Notes: generated from the letters alone by a model not told the origin. A stretch of 48,180 nucleotides of DNA from Minisyncoccota bacterium (GCA_030583765.1 CP129474.1:471168-519347); one strand, 5' to 3'; positions 10,715 to 18,545 are shown, counted from the stretch's first letter. A program made the numbers and translations.

Positions 10715-10968
10715 TGTTTCGAAGATATCGCGCATTTGTAGAGGCATTTGGATGGTACGGCGTTATCGCTGTGGTGCTTGCATATGCGATGCATAACGTG
10801 GGCGTATGGACCGCTCGCGACATTCCCTATGTCTTTCTCAACATTTCTGGAGGAATCGGTCTTATGATTGATAACTGGATGCACAAGGCGTACCAATCCA
10901 TGTCTGTAAATATTGTGTGGATCGTTGTTGGGTCATACGCTTTTTGGAACATTATTACCGGCGCATGA
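10714..10968 (+). CDS. Small 3-TM membrane protein
   Basis: 84 aa, hydrophobic, translationally coupled on both sides (TAATG upstream, ATGA downstream). Confidence 0.55.
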   Translation: MFRRYRAFVEAFGWYGVIAVVLAYAMHNVGVWTARDIPYVFLNISGGIGLMIDNWMHKAYQSMSVNIVWIVVGSYAFWNIITGA

Positions 10969-11825
10969 AGCATCTCCACGATGAAGATATAAAAAAGCTT
11001 GAAGTGATCGCGAATGATATTCGCCAGTCTATTATCGCGATGCTTGAAAGGGCAAAGAGTGGCCACACGGCAGGCCCGCTTGGTATGGCGGATATCTTCA
11101 CCGCATTTTATTTTCATATCTTAAACCACGACCCTGCGAATCCCGAGTGGGCGGAGCGCGACAGGCTCATCCTCTCCAATGGACACATCGTGCCGGTGCG
11201 TTACGCAGCGATGGCGCATGCCGGCTATTTTCCGAAAGAGGAGCTCATGACACTTCGAGCTTTTGGCTCGCGTCTGCAAGGACACCCAGAGCGCGAGCGA
11301 TTGCCCGGTGTGGAGACGACATCTGGTCCTTTGGGGTCCGGCCTTGGACAAGCTGCTGGAATCGCGCTTGCTGCGCGTATGGATGGCAAATCGTTTCGAA
11401 CCTACTGCCTCATGTCTGATGGCGAACAAGATGCGGGGGCTATCTGGGAATCAGCACTCTTTGCTGGTAAATATAAGCTAGCGAACCTTACCGGGGTTAT
11501 TGATCGGAATATGATCCAGATCGATGGCTCTACTGAAGTGGTTATGCCCCTTGAGTCATTGCGTGCAAAGTGGGAAGCATTCGGGTGGTATGTTCTTGAA
11601 TGTGATGGGCACAATTTCGCGGAGTTTATTAGCGCCATTGGGCAGGCGCACGCCGTTGTTGATCGGCCGACGCTGATCATTGCCCATACGATTCCTGGAA
11701 AAGGCGTCCCAGAAATCGAGTATGATTTTAAATGGCACGGGACGCCTCCAAATGCGGAGCAGGCGAAGCGATTTTTGCATGCGTTGCGTACGTTACACGG
11801 CAAAATTGTCAGTGAGCATGAGTAG
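10965..11825 (+). CDS. Transketolase, N-terminal (TPP-binding) subunit
   Basis: GHTAGPLGMADIF, SNGH, GSGLGQAAG and MSDGEQDAGAIWES motifs. Start taken at ATG 10965. Confidence 0.9.
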   Translation: MKHLHDEDIKKLEVIANDIRQSIIAMLERAKSGHTAGPLGMADIFTAFYFHILNHDPANPEWAERDRLILSNGHIVPVRYAAMAHAGYFPKEELMTLRAFGSRLQGHPERERLPGVETTSGPLGSGLGQAAGIALAARMDGKSFRTYCLMSDGEQDAGAIWESALFAGKYKLANLTGVIDRNMIQIDGSTEVVMPLESLRAKWEAFGWYVLECDGHNFAEFISAIGQAHAVVDRPTLIIAHTIPGKGVPEIEYDFKWHGTPPNAEQAKRFLHALRTLHGKIVSEHE

Positions 11826-11870
11826 TATGTGGTATGCTATGACTATGAACATCAGAAAGGGGGTGTCGGC

Positions 11871-12125
11871 ATGAAGCAATGTAATTGTGGTCACCACGCG
11901 CTGGCGCGCGTGATCCCTGCTTTGTCATGGGTGAGCGGTATCTTATTTTTCTGGGCTTCGTTTAGCGAAGGATTTGTATTTGGCTTTGACACCCAGTTTT
12001 ACTTTGAGGCGGCGGTTTTGCTCGTACTCTTGGGTATGGGTATGAGAGCGTGTGGATGCTGCTGTGAAAGTGGCTCGTGCGGGAAGATGATCTGTGGCTC
12101 GTGTGGCCCAGACGAGAAGCGCTAA
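11871..12125 (+). CDS. Small Cys-rich membrane protein
   Basis: 84 aa reading MKQCNCGHH, two TM segments, then a CGCCCESGSCGKMICGSCG tail. An SD-like aaggggg lies upstream. Confidence 0.5.
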   Translation: MKQCNCGHHALARVIPALSWVSGILFFWASFSEGFVFGFDTQFYFEAAVLLVLLGMGMRACGCCCESGSCGKMICGSCGPDEKR

Positions 12126-12172
12126 CCTATGGCGCCGGCCGCCTTTTGGGCGGCTCCGCAATAGGTGAGTGA

Positions 12173-13147
12173 TTGTATATGCTCGCAGATAACATAACAC
12201 AACGAGATGCACTACAGCAGATTCCTATCCGTGACGGCTACGGTCGCGGGTTGGTGCGCGCAGGAGAGGCCGACGAGCGCGTGGTGGTGTTGTGTGCAGA
12301 TCTTACTGAATCGACTAAGTCGCATTGGTTCGCGGAACGGTTTCCAGAAAGATTTATTCAAGTGGGTGTTGCAGAGCAGAATATGGCACTCGTTGCTGCT
12401 GGTATGGCTCAGTATGGGAAAATTCCATTTATTGCGTCATATGCAGCGTTTAGTCCTGGGCGCAATAACGAACAGATTCGCACGAATGCATGCCTCAATA
12501 ATGTGCCGGTAAAGATCGCGGGATCTCATGCGGGCATTTCTGTGGGCCCCGATGGAGCAACGCACCAAGCACTTGAAGATATTGGGCTCATGCGCATGAT
12601 CCCTCGCATGCAGGTGGTGGTACCATGCGATGCGTTTGAAGCAGAAAAGGCGACCATAGCTATTGCTCAGAATGGTGCCCCTTCATACATTCGCCTGGCA
12701 CGAGAAAAGACCCCCGTTTTCACGCTCCCTGACACACCGTTTGAGCTTGGCAAGGCGCTCGTCTTACGCGAAGGGCCTGATGTCGCCCTTATCGCGTGTG
12801 GTTCGCTTGTGTATGAAGCGCTTCTTGCCGCCGAGCAGCTTCAGAGAGAGGGTATTTCATGCACGGTAGTCAATAATCACACCGTGAAGCCTTTAGATAC
12901 AGAAACAATCAAGGCCGTTGCGCAGCGCTGTGGTGCGGTGGTCACTATAGAAGAGCATCAACGGGCGGGTGGCATGGGTTCTGCGGTTGCGGAATATCTG
13001 ATTCAACATGCACCCGTACCCTTAGCGTTTGTAGGCATGGCCGATTCGTTCGGGGAGTCGGGAGCTCCAGAAGAGCTTCTCAAACATTTTAGGCTTGATG
13101 CAGAGGGAATTATTGCGTCCGCCCGTGCGGTTTTGAAGAATAAATAG
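12173..13147 (+). CDS. Transketolase, C-terminal (pyrimidine-binding) subunit
   Basis: FIQVGVAEQNMALVAAGMA and GPDGATHQALEDIGLMR motifs. The start may be M3 at 12179. Confidence 0.9.
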   Translation: MYMLADNITQRDALQQIPIRDGYGRGLVRAGEADERVVVLCADLTESTKSHWFAERFPERFIQVGVAEQNMALVAAGMAQYGKIPFIASYAAFSPGRNNEQIRTNACLNNVPVKIAGSHAGISVGPDGATHQALEDIGLMRMIPRMQVVVPCDAFEAEKATIAIAQNGAPSYIRLAREKTPVFTLPDTPFELGKALVLREGPDVALIACGSLVYEALLAAEQLQREGISCTVVNNHTVKPLDTETIKAVAQRCGAVVTIEEHQRAGGMGSAVAEYLIQHAPVPLAFVGMADSFGESGAPEELLKHFRLDAEGIIASARAVLKNK

Positions 13148-13207
13148 GCTCAGTGTTGATAACGGTGCTTTTCCGTTGTGTGAAAAGGGGCGTATACTGG
13201 ATGGAAT

Positions 13208-15232
13208 ATGTATAAACGCCTCATCATCTTTTTTCTCGCTCTTGTAGTAGCTAGCCAACTTGGTTCTGTAGCGCTCGCGTACACGCCAGATGATATAGCC
13301 GCCGAAGCGCTTGCAGCGCAAGCGCAACCACAACAAATAGCTGGGTGGAAAATCCTTCTTAACAACATTACCAAGATTTTCGGCTTTGAGGCGTTTAAAA
13401 CAGAGTTCTCGGGAAGTTTTGCGTCTAGGGGCTATGGCAACGACCCTGCGCGATGCGAAAAGGCTGGTGGTACTTGGACGACCGATCCTGAGGGTAATAA
13501 TGGCAAATGTAGCGTTGTGTATACCGAAAGCGGGACTCCAGTTCAAACTAACCCATTTATTCCAAATAATCCGAGCAACGCTGGTGGTGGAGGTGGTGGC
13601 GGTGCCCCCGTTCCGAACGATCCAAGTGGAAGAGTCCCTGGCGCTGGAGGCGCTGGCCCTGGTGCTCAAGACATAGATAGCGATGGATATCTCTTGCGCA
13701 ACGACTGTAATGATCGGGACCCAGAAGTAAATCCTGGCCGTCCCGAAATTCCTGGCAACGGGAAGGATGATGACTGTAATCCGGATACTCCCGATGATCG
13801 TCCTACTGCCAGCAATGACGATCCGCAGAACGTGGTAGTCATCGCAACACCTGTTGCAACGCCCGCGGCAACACCAAAGACTGTCACTGGAAAGCCGACA
13901 ATTGATGGCGCGGTAAATCCTGTTGCTGTGCGCGCAGTTGAGCGGAGTAATACATCCCCATCTCTCTCCATTAGAGAGTCTGGTGATAGTGTTCAGGTGT
14001 CGTGGAGCTTTGGTTCCGGAGAAGCTTGGCCGCTTGATTGGATCGCGGTCTTTGATGCCCAATCAGGATTTCCTCTTGATTCTGGAGCATGGAGTAGGGT
14101 AGAGCAGCGCATTTGGAAATATGCCCACAATGGCAAGGATGTTCGCACCACAAGTGCTGGCGCATCGGGATCAGTTGTTCTTCAAAAGCCCGAAGGAGCA
14201 GCGGATGTTATTGCGGTGTATTACCGCGACAATGGATTTACGGTGCTTGCGAGTGCCGTATTGCGTGGTGCGCCAATCCGTCCGCAAATAGTTGAACCTA
14301 CGGCGGTAGTTACTGCACTGCCAACTCCATCAAGGGTTCCTGTGGCAAGCGTTGCTCCAGCTGAGGAGTTTGCCGACTGTTCACTTGTTGAAGCGAAGAG
14401 CGCCTCAACCAGAAGGCTTACTTCTAATATGGGCCTCTTTGAGAGAATCCGCTCTGCGGTGTCTGGGTCATCAGCCTCACAGCTTCCTGAAGATAACTGT
14501 CCCCGTATTACATCGGTGACACCGTCTGCTACCTCTCGAGATGGCGAACGTGTCGTGATCGCGGGCTCAGGCTTTACCACCAAGGGGAATGTAGTGTATT
14601 TCTTGCAGGGGAGAGTTGAAAAAGCGCGCGTTGCTGGTTCGGTTTCATTTAATCGCACTTCGCTAACTGTTGCCGTCCCTACTTTAACGCCAGGCTTATA
14701 TGATGTGCGCGTTATGAATGAGGCGGGGAAGATAGGAAATGCTATGCAGGTAAACGTACTCGGTGGGGTTGTGGGGCCAACGATGCTGCCAGCTGCAAGT
14801 GTTGCCCCCCTCCCCACACAAATTGCATGCGTCCAAGTCATAACCCCAGCACGCAACAATGAGACGGGAGTGTGTCGTGAATTCGCTACACCATGCGATG
14901 TGCCCACGGGATGGACTGTACTCCAACAAGGAGAGCAGTGTACTCGTACCGCAACACCCGCCCCTACCGTACGCCCAACCGTAACACCTCGCCCCACACC
15001 AGTGCCCCGTGTAGGTTGCTCACCAACAACACAAACTGTTCGCGTGGGAGACCCTGTAACACTCACTGCTCTCGGTGGCTCGGGAAGGTACACGTGGCGC
15101 GCACCCAAGTCAGCTGTCCTTGCTGGCGACGGACAGACCTTCACCACAGTATATGAAAAGAAGGGCCGTTATTATGTGAGTGTGAGTGATGGTGCCCGCT
15201 CTCGCAGTTGCCGCGTTATCGTAACCCAATAA
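13208..15232 (+). CDS. Large secreted multidomain protein (MopE-like metal-binding motif, IPT/TIG-like and Ig-like domains)
   Basis: Signal peptide MYKRLIIFFLALVVASQLGSVALA. Gly-run. DSDGYLLRNDCNDRDPEVNPGRPEIPGNGKDDDCN repeat motif. ITSVTPSATSRDGERVVIAGSGF. Pro/Thr linkers. C-terminal Cys-bounded beta domain. Confidence 0.75.
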   Translation: MYKRLIIFFLALVVASQLGSVALAYTPDDIAAEALAAQAQPQQIAGWKILLNNITKIFGFEAFKTEFSGSFASRGYGNDPARCEKAGGTWTTDPEGNNGKCSVVYTESGTPVQTNPFIPNNPSNAGGGGGGGAPVPNDPSGRVPGAGGAGPGAQDIDSDGYLLRNDCNDRDPEVNPGRPEIPGNGKDDDCNPDTPDDRPTASNDDPQNVVVIATPVATPAATPKTVTGKPTIDGAVNPVAVRAVERSNTSPSLSIRESGDSVQVSWSFGSGEAWPLDWIAVFDAQSGFPLDSGAWSRVEQRIWKYAHNGKDVRTTSAGASGSVVLQKPEGAADVIAVYYRDNGFTVLASAVLRGAPIRPQIVEPTAVVTALPTPSRVPVASVAPAEEFADCSLVEAKSASTRRLTSNMGLFERIRSAVSGSSASQLPEDNCPRITSVTPSATSRDGERVVIAGSGFTTKGNVVYFLQGRVEKARVAGSVSFNRTSLTVAVPTLTPGLYDVRVMNEAGKIGNAMQVNVLGGVVGPTMLPAASVAPLPTQIACVQVITPARNNETGVCREFATPCDVPTGWTVLQQGEQCTRTATPAPTVRPTVTPRPTPVPRVGCSPTTQTVRVGDPVTLTALGGSGRYTWRAPKSAVLAGDGQTFTTVYEKKGRYYVSVSDGARSRSCRVIVTQ

Positions 15233-15235
15233 CAG

Positions 15236-15754
15236 ATGCTCATGAAACGAATTTTTATTCCCCTACTCCTCTTGTGCGCACTGGTAGCTCCTGCCTCTGC
15301 CGCAAACGACGCAGCGCAAGATCCCGGACAGGTTGCTCGCATTCGGATTCGGATTAATAGGGTCATCTCGTGGCTTTTTGGAGTACAGCTAGAAACATCC
15401 TCTGGATTTGCCTCGCAGAGGAGTGGTATCTCATGCTCCCCAAAGACACAGACTGTTTTTTCTGACATCCCCACACTGCTCATGGCTCACGATGGCGTGG
15501 GTCCGTATACGTGGCGAGTCGGCGACACGGTTGCGCAAGGCGAGGGTCGTGATCCATCGCTCCGCGCATCATTTGCAATGCCTGGAGTTTACACCGTCTC
15601 TGTGACTGACAGTGCGGGCGATTCGGCAACGTGCTCGGTAACTGTTCGCAGAAATCCTGCCGTAACATCTTCCAGCGTGGACCTTTCATTTGGAGACACG
15701 CTCGCCCATATGCTCTCCGTCATGACGAAGAGCTTCCTTGGTGTGCAGGAATAA
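15236..15754 (+). CDS. Secreted protein, short paralog of the preceding gene
   Basis: Signal peptide MKRIFIPLLLLCALVAPASA. The CSPKTQTV...YTWRV...YTVSVTDSAGDSATCSVTV domain matches the C-terminal domain of ORF 13208-15232. Confidence 0.7.
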   Translation: MLMKRIFIPLLLLCALVAPASAANDAAQDPGQVARIRIRINRVISWLFGVQLETSSGFASQRSGISCSPKTQTVFSDIPTLLMAHDGVGPYTWRVGDTVAQGEGRDPSLRASFAMPGVYTVSVTDSAGDSATCSVTVRRNPAVTSSSVDLSFGDTLAHMLSVMTKSFLGVQE

Positions 15755-15765
15755 GCCTTCGGTGC

Positions 15766-15799
15766 AAGAAAAAACCACTCACATGAGTGGTTTTTTCTT
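15766..15799. terminator. Bidirectional terminator between convergent genes
   Basis: aagaaaaaaccactc-acat-gagtggttttttctt forms a 15-bp stem, with A/T runs inside the stem arms. Confidence 0.8.
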
Positions 15800-15817
15800 G
15801 CACGCACTATGCGCGTA

Positions 15818-16363
15818 TTATGCAGTGTGCGTAGCGATGATCTCTTTCAATCTCATAAAATCTGCCTCTAGTTGTGCCCGTGATGTTGGATCTGTAAGAG
15901 CTGCGCTTGGGTGGGCGGTGGGGAATACAGAGTAGCTGCCCATATTGAGCGCTTTGCCTCGTACATTGGCGAGGGGCTGACGGAGCCCAACGCCGTTAAG
16001 GGCGAGCGTCCCCATAGTAACTACAATGCGAGGAGCAATCGTTTTGAGCTCCTCTTTGAGAAATGTTGCGTGGAGACGTAGCTCTTTTGGATGCGCCTCA
16101 AGGTGTGACCCAAGCGAATGCTTCATCGCGGTAGTAATGTAAATTTTACGAGGCGTGAGCCCTGCATGCTTAAGAAGCTGATTGAAAAGCTTCTTTGCCG
16201 GACCTGCAATTGGCGCTCCTTCTTTCTCTTCGTGTGGTCCAGGTGCTTCAGTTACAAAAACAACTCGTGCATTGAGGTCGCCGCTGCCGAGGACGAGGGT
16301 GCGGTCCTTAAATTTTTCTTTCAGCTCAGCATGGATGTGCTTGAGGGTCTTGGGAGGTTGCAT
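15818..16363 (-). CDS. Uracil-DNA glycosylase, family 4
   Basis: VTEAPGPHEEKEGAPIAGPA (GEAPG-type motif A) and the AHPSAAL motif near the C-terminus. Confidence 0.85.
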   Translation of the reverse strand: MQPPKTLKHIHAELKEKFKDRTLVLGSGDLNARVVFVTEAPGPHEEKEGAPIAGPAKKLFNQLLKHAGLTPRKIYITTAMKHSLGSHLEAHPKELRLHATFLKEELKTIAPRIVVTMGTLALNGVGLRQPLANVRGKALNMGSYSVFPTAHPSAALTDPTSRAQLEADFMRLKEIIATHTA

Positions 16364-16440
16364 AGCTTCTTAACTAGACATATTACATCATTTCTTTTAT
16401 TTTGGCAAGGTTTTCTGCGGCGTGCGTGATCTTGCGATAT

Positions 16441-16469
16441 TTGCGCAGAGTGCGCATGTCTGGTATGAT
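16441..16469 (+). promoter_or_regulatory. Candidate promoter of the tRNA cluster
   Basis: TTGCGC, a 17-nt spacer, then TATGAT, 26 nt upstream of the first tRNA-Ile sequence. Confidence 0.5.
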
Positions 16470-16494
16470 TTTCGTGCCTTTTTGGCGTCGGTTT

Positions 16495-16529
16495 GGGCGA
16501 TTAGTTCAGTGGTAGAACGCTGTCCTGAT
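16495..16529 (+). pseudogene. Extra copy of the tRNA-Ile(GAU) 5' half (acceptor to anticodon, 35 nt)
   Basis: GGGCGATTAGTTCAGTGGTAGAACGCTGTCCTGAT is identical to positions 1-36 of the complete gene at 16583. It diverges right after the anticodon. Confidence 0.85.
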
Positions 16530-16582
16530 CAAAGGCACTTTGTCACTGGTTCGTTCGGCTGTCATACAACCTTCTGTTTCGG

Positions 16583-16654
16583 GGGCGATTAGTTCAGTGG
16601 TAGAACGCTGTCCTGATAAGACAGAGGTCCTAGGTCCGATTCCTAGATCGCCCA
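16583..16654 (+). tRNA. tRNA-Ile (anticodon GAU), complete
   Basis: Manual cloverleaf: GGGCGAT/ATCGCCC acceptor, GTTC/GAAC D stem, CTGTC-CTGATAA-GACAG anticodon arm, CTAGG-TCCGATT-CCTAG T arm, discriminator A, no encoded CCA. Confidence 0.9.
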
Positions 16655-16684
16655 CATTCAGGTTGTATGCAGTCTCACTGCCAG

Positions 16685-16725
16685 TGATAAGACAGAGGTC
16701 CTAGGTCCGATTCCTAGATCGCCCA
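16685..16725 (+). pseudogene. Extra copy of the tRNA-Ile(GAU) 3' half (anticodon loop to 3' end, 41 nt)
   Basis: TGATAAGACAGAGGTCCTAGGTCCGATTCCTAGATCGCCCA is identical to the 3' part of the complete gene. It shares TGAT with the 5'-half copy. Confidence 0.85.
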
Positions 16726-16730
16726 CACGT

Positions 16731-16764
16731 AGTACATGATGTGCCTTGAGGCACATCATGTACT
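16731..16764 (+). other. Perfect 15-bp hairpin
   Basis: agtacatgatgtgcc-ttga-ggcacatcatgtact, with no T-run after it. Confidence 0.8.
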
Positions 16765-16777
16765 CGTAGCATTGGAA

Positions 16778-16889
16778 GATCTAGGAAGCGGACGCCGGAG
16801 CAATGCCCCGCAAGCTTGCGGGGCCGCGAGGCGGTGCCTAGCCCGAGACTTGCGGCGGCAAGTCGAGAGGCGAAGGAGATTCCTAGATC
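16778..16889 (+). repeat. GC-rich structured repeat, copy E1 (112 nt)
   Basis: Closed by GATCTAGGAA / TTCCTAGATC. Internal perfect hairpins are ccccgcaagcttgcgggg and gacttgc-ggcg-gcaagtc. It shares GCGGA.GC, CGCGAG, GCGGCGGC and GCGAAGGRGATTCC blocks with 38856-38964. Confidence 0.7.
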
Positions 16890-16894
16890 GCCCA
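16878..16894 (+). pseudogene. Third copy of the tRNA-Ile 3' end (T loop to discriminator, 17 nt)
   Basis: GATTCCTAGATCGCCCA followed by CA, as after the other two copies. Confidence 0.8.
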
Positions 16895-16905
16895 CAGATA
16901 GTGTT

Positions 16906-16978
16906 GGGCTCATAGCTCAGCTGGTAGAGCGCCTCATTTGCAATGAGGAGGTCACCGGTTCGAATCCGGTTGGGTCCA
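16906..16978 (+). tRNA. tRNA-Ala (anticodon UGC)
   Basis: Manual cloverleaf: GGGCTCA/TGGGTCC acceptor with the G3:U70 identity pair, CCTCA-TTTGCAA-TGAGG anticodon arm, ACCGG-TTCGAAT-CCGGT T arm. Confidence 0.92.
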
Positions 16979-17025
16979 CAAACCGTCCACTGACACTTCT
17001 TGTACTGCACACTGTGCGCAGTACA

Positions 17026-17445
17026 ATGAGGCGTATGGACATATCTTTAAACATCTGGGCAGTTGTTGGTGCCGCAGTTGCGTATGTGGCGTTGGGTGCG
17101 CTTTGGTATGGCCCGCTGTTTGGGAAAAAGTGGCGCATGCTCGCAGGAATTTCTGAAGCGGACATGTCGCGCATGCCCCTTACTCCTTGGCAGGCAATGG
17201 GCATGGGATTAGTGTCGGCCGGCATTATGGCGTATGTCCTCGGCGCGTTCATGCAGGTTTGGGGCGCCTTTAGTAGTGGCGACATCGTCAGGCTCGTTTT
17301 TTGGATTTGGATTGGCTTTATAGCCGTCGTGCACCTCGGGAGTTTTCTCTGGGAGGGAAAGCCCTTGAAGCTTTTTGTGCTGAACGCGTCGTATAGCTTC
17401 TTCGCGCTCTGGCTCATGGCGTGCATTTTGGGACGTTGGGCATAA
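17026..17445 (+). CDS. DUF1761-family membrane protein
   Basis: The LGALWYGPLFGKKW motif and 4 TM segments. The start is trimmed to ATG 17026 because the longer ORF runs through tRNA-Ala. Confidence 0.6.
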   Translation: MRRMDISLNIWAVVGAAVAYVALGALWYGPLFGKKWRMLAGISEADMSRMPLTPWQAMGMGLVSAGIMAYVLGAFMQVWGAFSSGDIVRLVFWIWIGFIAVVHLGSFLWEGKPLKLFVLNASYSFFALWLMACILGRWA

Positions 17446-17462
17446 GCTCCGAATATGCGGAT

Positions 17463-17496
17463 AAACAACAACGGGAATAGCCCGTTGTTGTTTTTA
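17463..17496 (+). terminator. Rho-independent terminator
   Basis: aaacaacaacggg-aatag-cccgttgttgttt followed by tt. Confidence 0.75.
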
Positions 17497-17519
17497 TAGA
17501 GCCACGGTACACTGCGTAT

Positions 17520-18545
17520 ATGGAAACAGTATTTTTGATACTCGGCATTGTTATTGGGCTTGGTATCCTTGGCGCCCTCCTACTTTTAATTAAGCGCTCT
17601 CGTGAGCAAGGGGGCGCGGGAGATGCGGTCAGTGTTTTACATCAACGCCTTGACGCCCTCACGCAGCTAATTAGTCAGCAATTAAGTGAAGGGCGACAAT
17701 CGACAGAGCGCGCAACACAGTCGGTGCATCGGCAGGTTCAGGATTTTACGGCCGGTATGACGCGCCTTCAAGAAGAAGTGAGGCACATGCAAGATCAGGT
17801 AAAACACGTTGTTTCATTCCAAGATATTTTCCGTGCTCCAAAACTGCGAGGGAGCTGGGGTGAGTATTCGCTTGAGTCTGCTCTCGGGCAGTACTTTCCG
17901 CGTGCGAGCTGGAAAATGCAGCACATGTTTTCTACGGGCGACATTGTAGATGCTGTTGTGACGCTTCCTAATGGGCTTCTTGTTCCCATTGATAGTAAGT
18001 TCAACTGGGAGAATTTTAAGAAAATGATCGATGCAGAAACAGATGTAGATCGTGATCCGTTTCGTAAGCTTTTTATTGCTGACGTCAAAAAGAAAGTTGA
18101 TGAGATCGCTGCAAAATATCTTTTGCCCGGCGAAGGTACGACTGACTTTGCGCTCATGTATGTGCCTGCCGAGACGGTGTATTACGAAATGATAAACAAT
18201 ATCGGCGATACGGACATTGCCGACTACGCGCGCAAACGGAAGGTTATTCTTTGTTCTCCAAATACATTTTACCTGACCGTGACGGCTGTGATGCATTGGT
18301 TCAAAGATGTGCAGTTCGCCCAACAGACTCGCGATATCTTCAAGCGCTTAAAGCAGTTAGAGACCGATGCGAGTAAGTTGTCAGATGAGTTTCGAGTCCT
18401 CGGTAAACACCTTTCTAATGCGCAGGGCGCCTATGATGAGAGCGAAAAGCGTGTGGGATTATTTGTAGACCGCGCGCAGCGAGTACTGGAAATGGCAGAC
18501 GAGCAGGTTCCTCCTGGGAAGGATTCCCCAACTACTTTAGAGTAA
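17520..18545 (+). CDS. rmuC: DNA recombination protein RmuC
   Basis: N-terminal TM segment, coiled coil, then RGSWGEYSLESAL...VVTLPNGLLVPIDSKF...LMYVPAE, characteristic of RmuC. Confidence 0.85.
   Translation: METVFLILGIVIGLGILGALLLLIKRSREQGGAGDAVSVLHQRLDALTQLISQQLSEGRQSTERATQSVHRQVQDFTAGMTRLQEEVRHMQDQVKHVVSFQDIFRAPKLRGSWGEYSLESALGQYFPRASWKMQHMFSTGDIVDAVVTLPNGLLVPIDSKFNWENFKKMIDAETDVDRDPFRKLFIADVKKKVDEIAAKYLLPGEGTTDFALMYVPAETVYYEMINNIGDTDIADYARKRKVILCSPNTFYLTVTAVMHWFKDVQFAQQTRDIFKRLKQLETDASKLSDEFRVLGKHLSNAQGAYDESEKRVGLFVDRAQRVLEMADEQVPPGKDSPTTLE

Noticed and set aside
13022-15147. Long minus-strand ORFs 13022-14062 (346 aa) and 14221-15147 (308 aa)
   Set aside because: They are antisense shadows of the 674-aa secreted-protein gene. 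They have low-complexity Arg/Ser/Thr-rich composition, while the + strand product has a signal peptide and recognisable domains.
16530-16684. Group I intron or archaeal-type bulge-helix-bulge (BHB) intron splitting the outer tRNA-Ile halves
   Set aside because: The 155-nt insert is too short and lacks a recognisable group I core (P4-P6, P3-P8). The junction geometry (a 17-nt versus 2-nt internal loop next to an 8-bp helix) is not a BHB motif. I keep it as an unexplained nested duplication.
16816-17025. N-terminal 70 codons of ORF 16816-17445
   Set aside because: This part runs through repeat E1, the tRNA-Ile fragment and tRNA-Ala. The real gene starts at 17026 or 17035.
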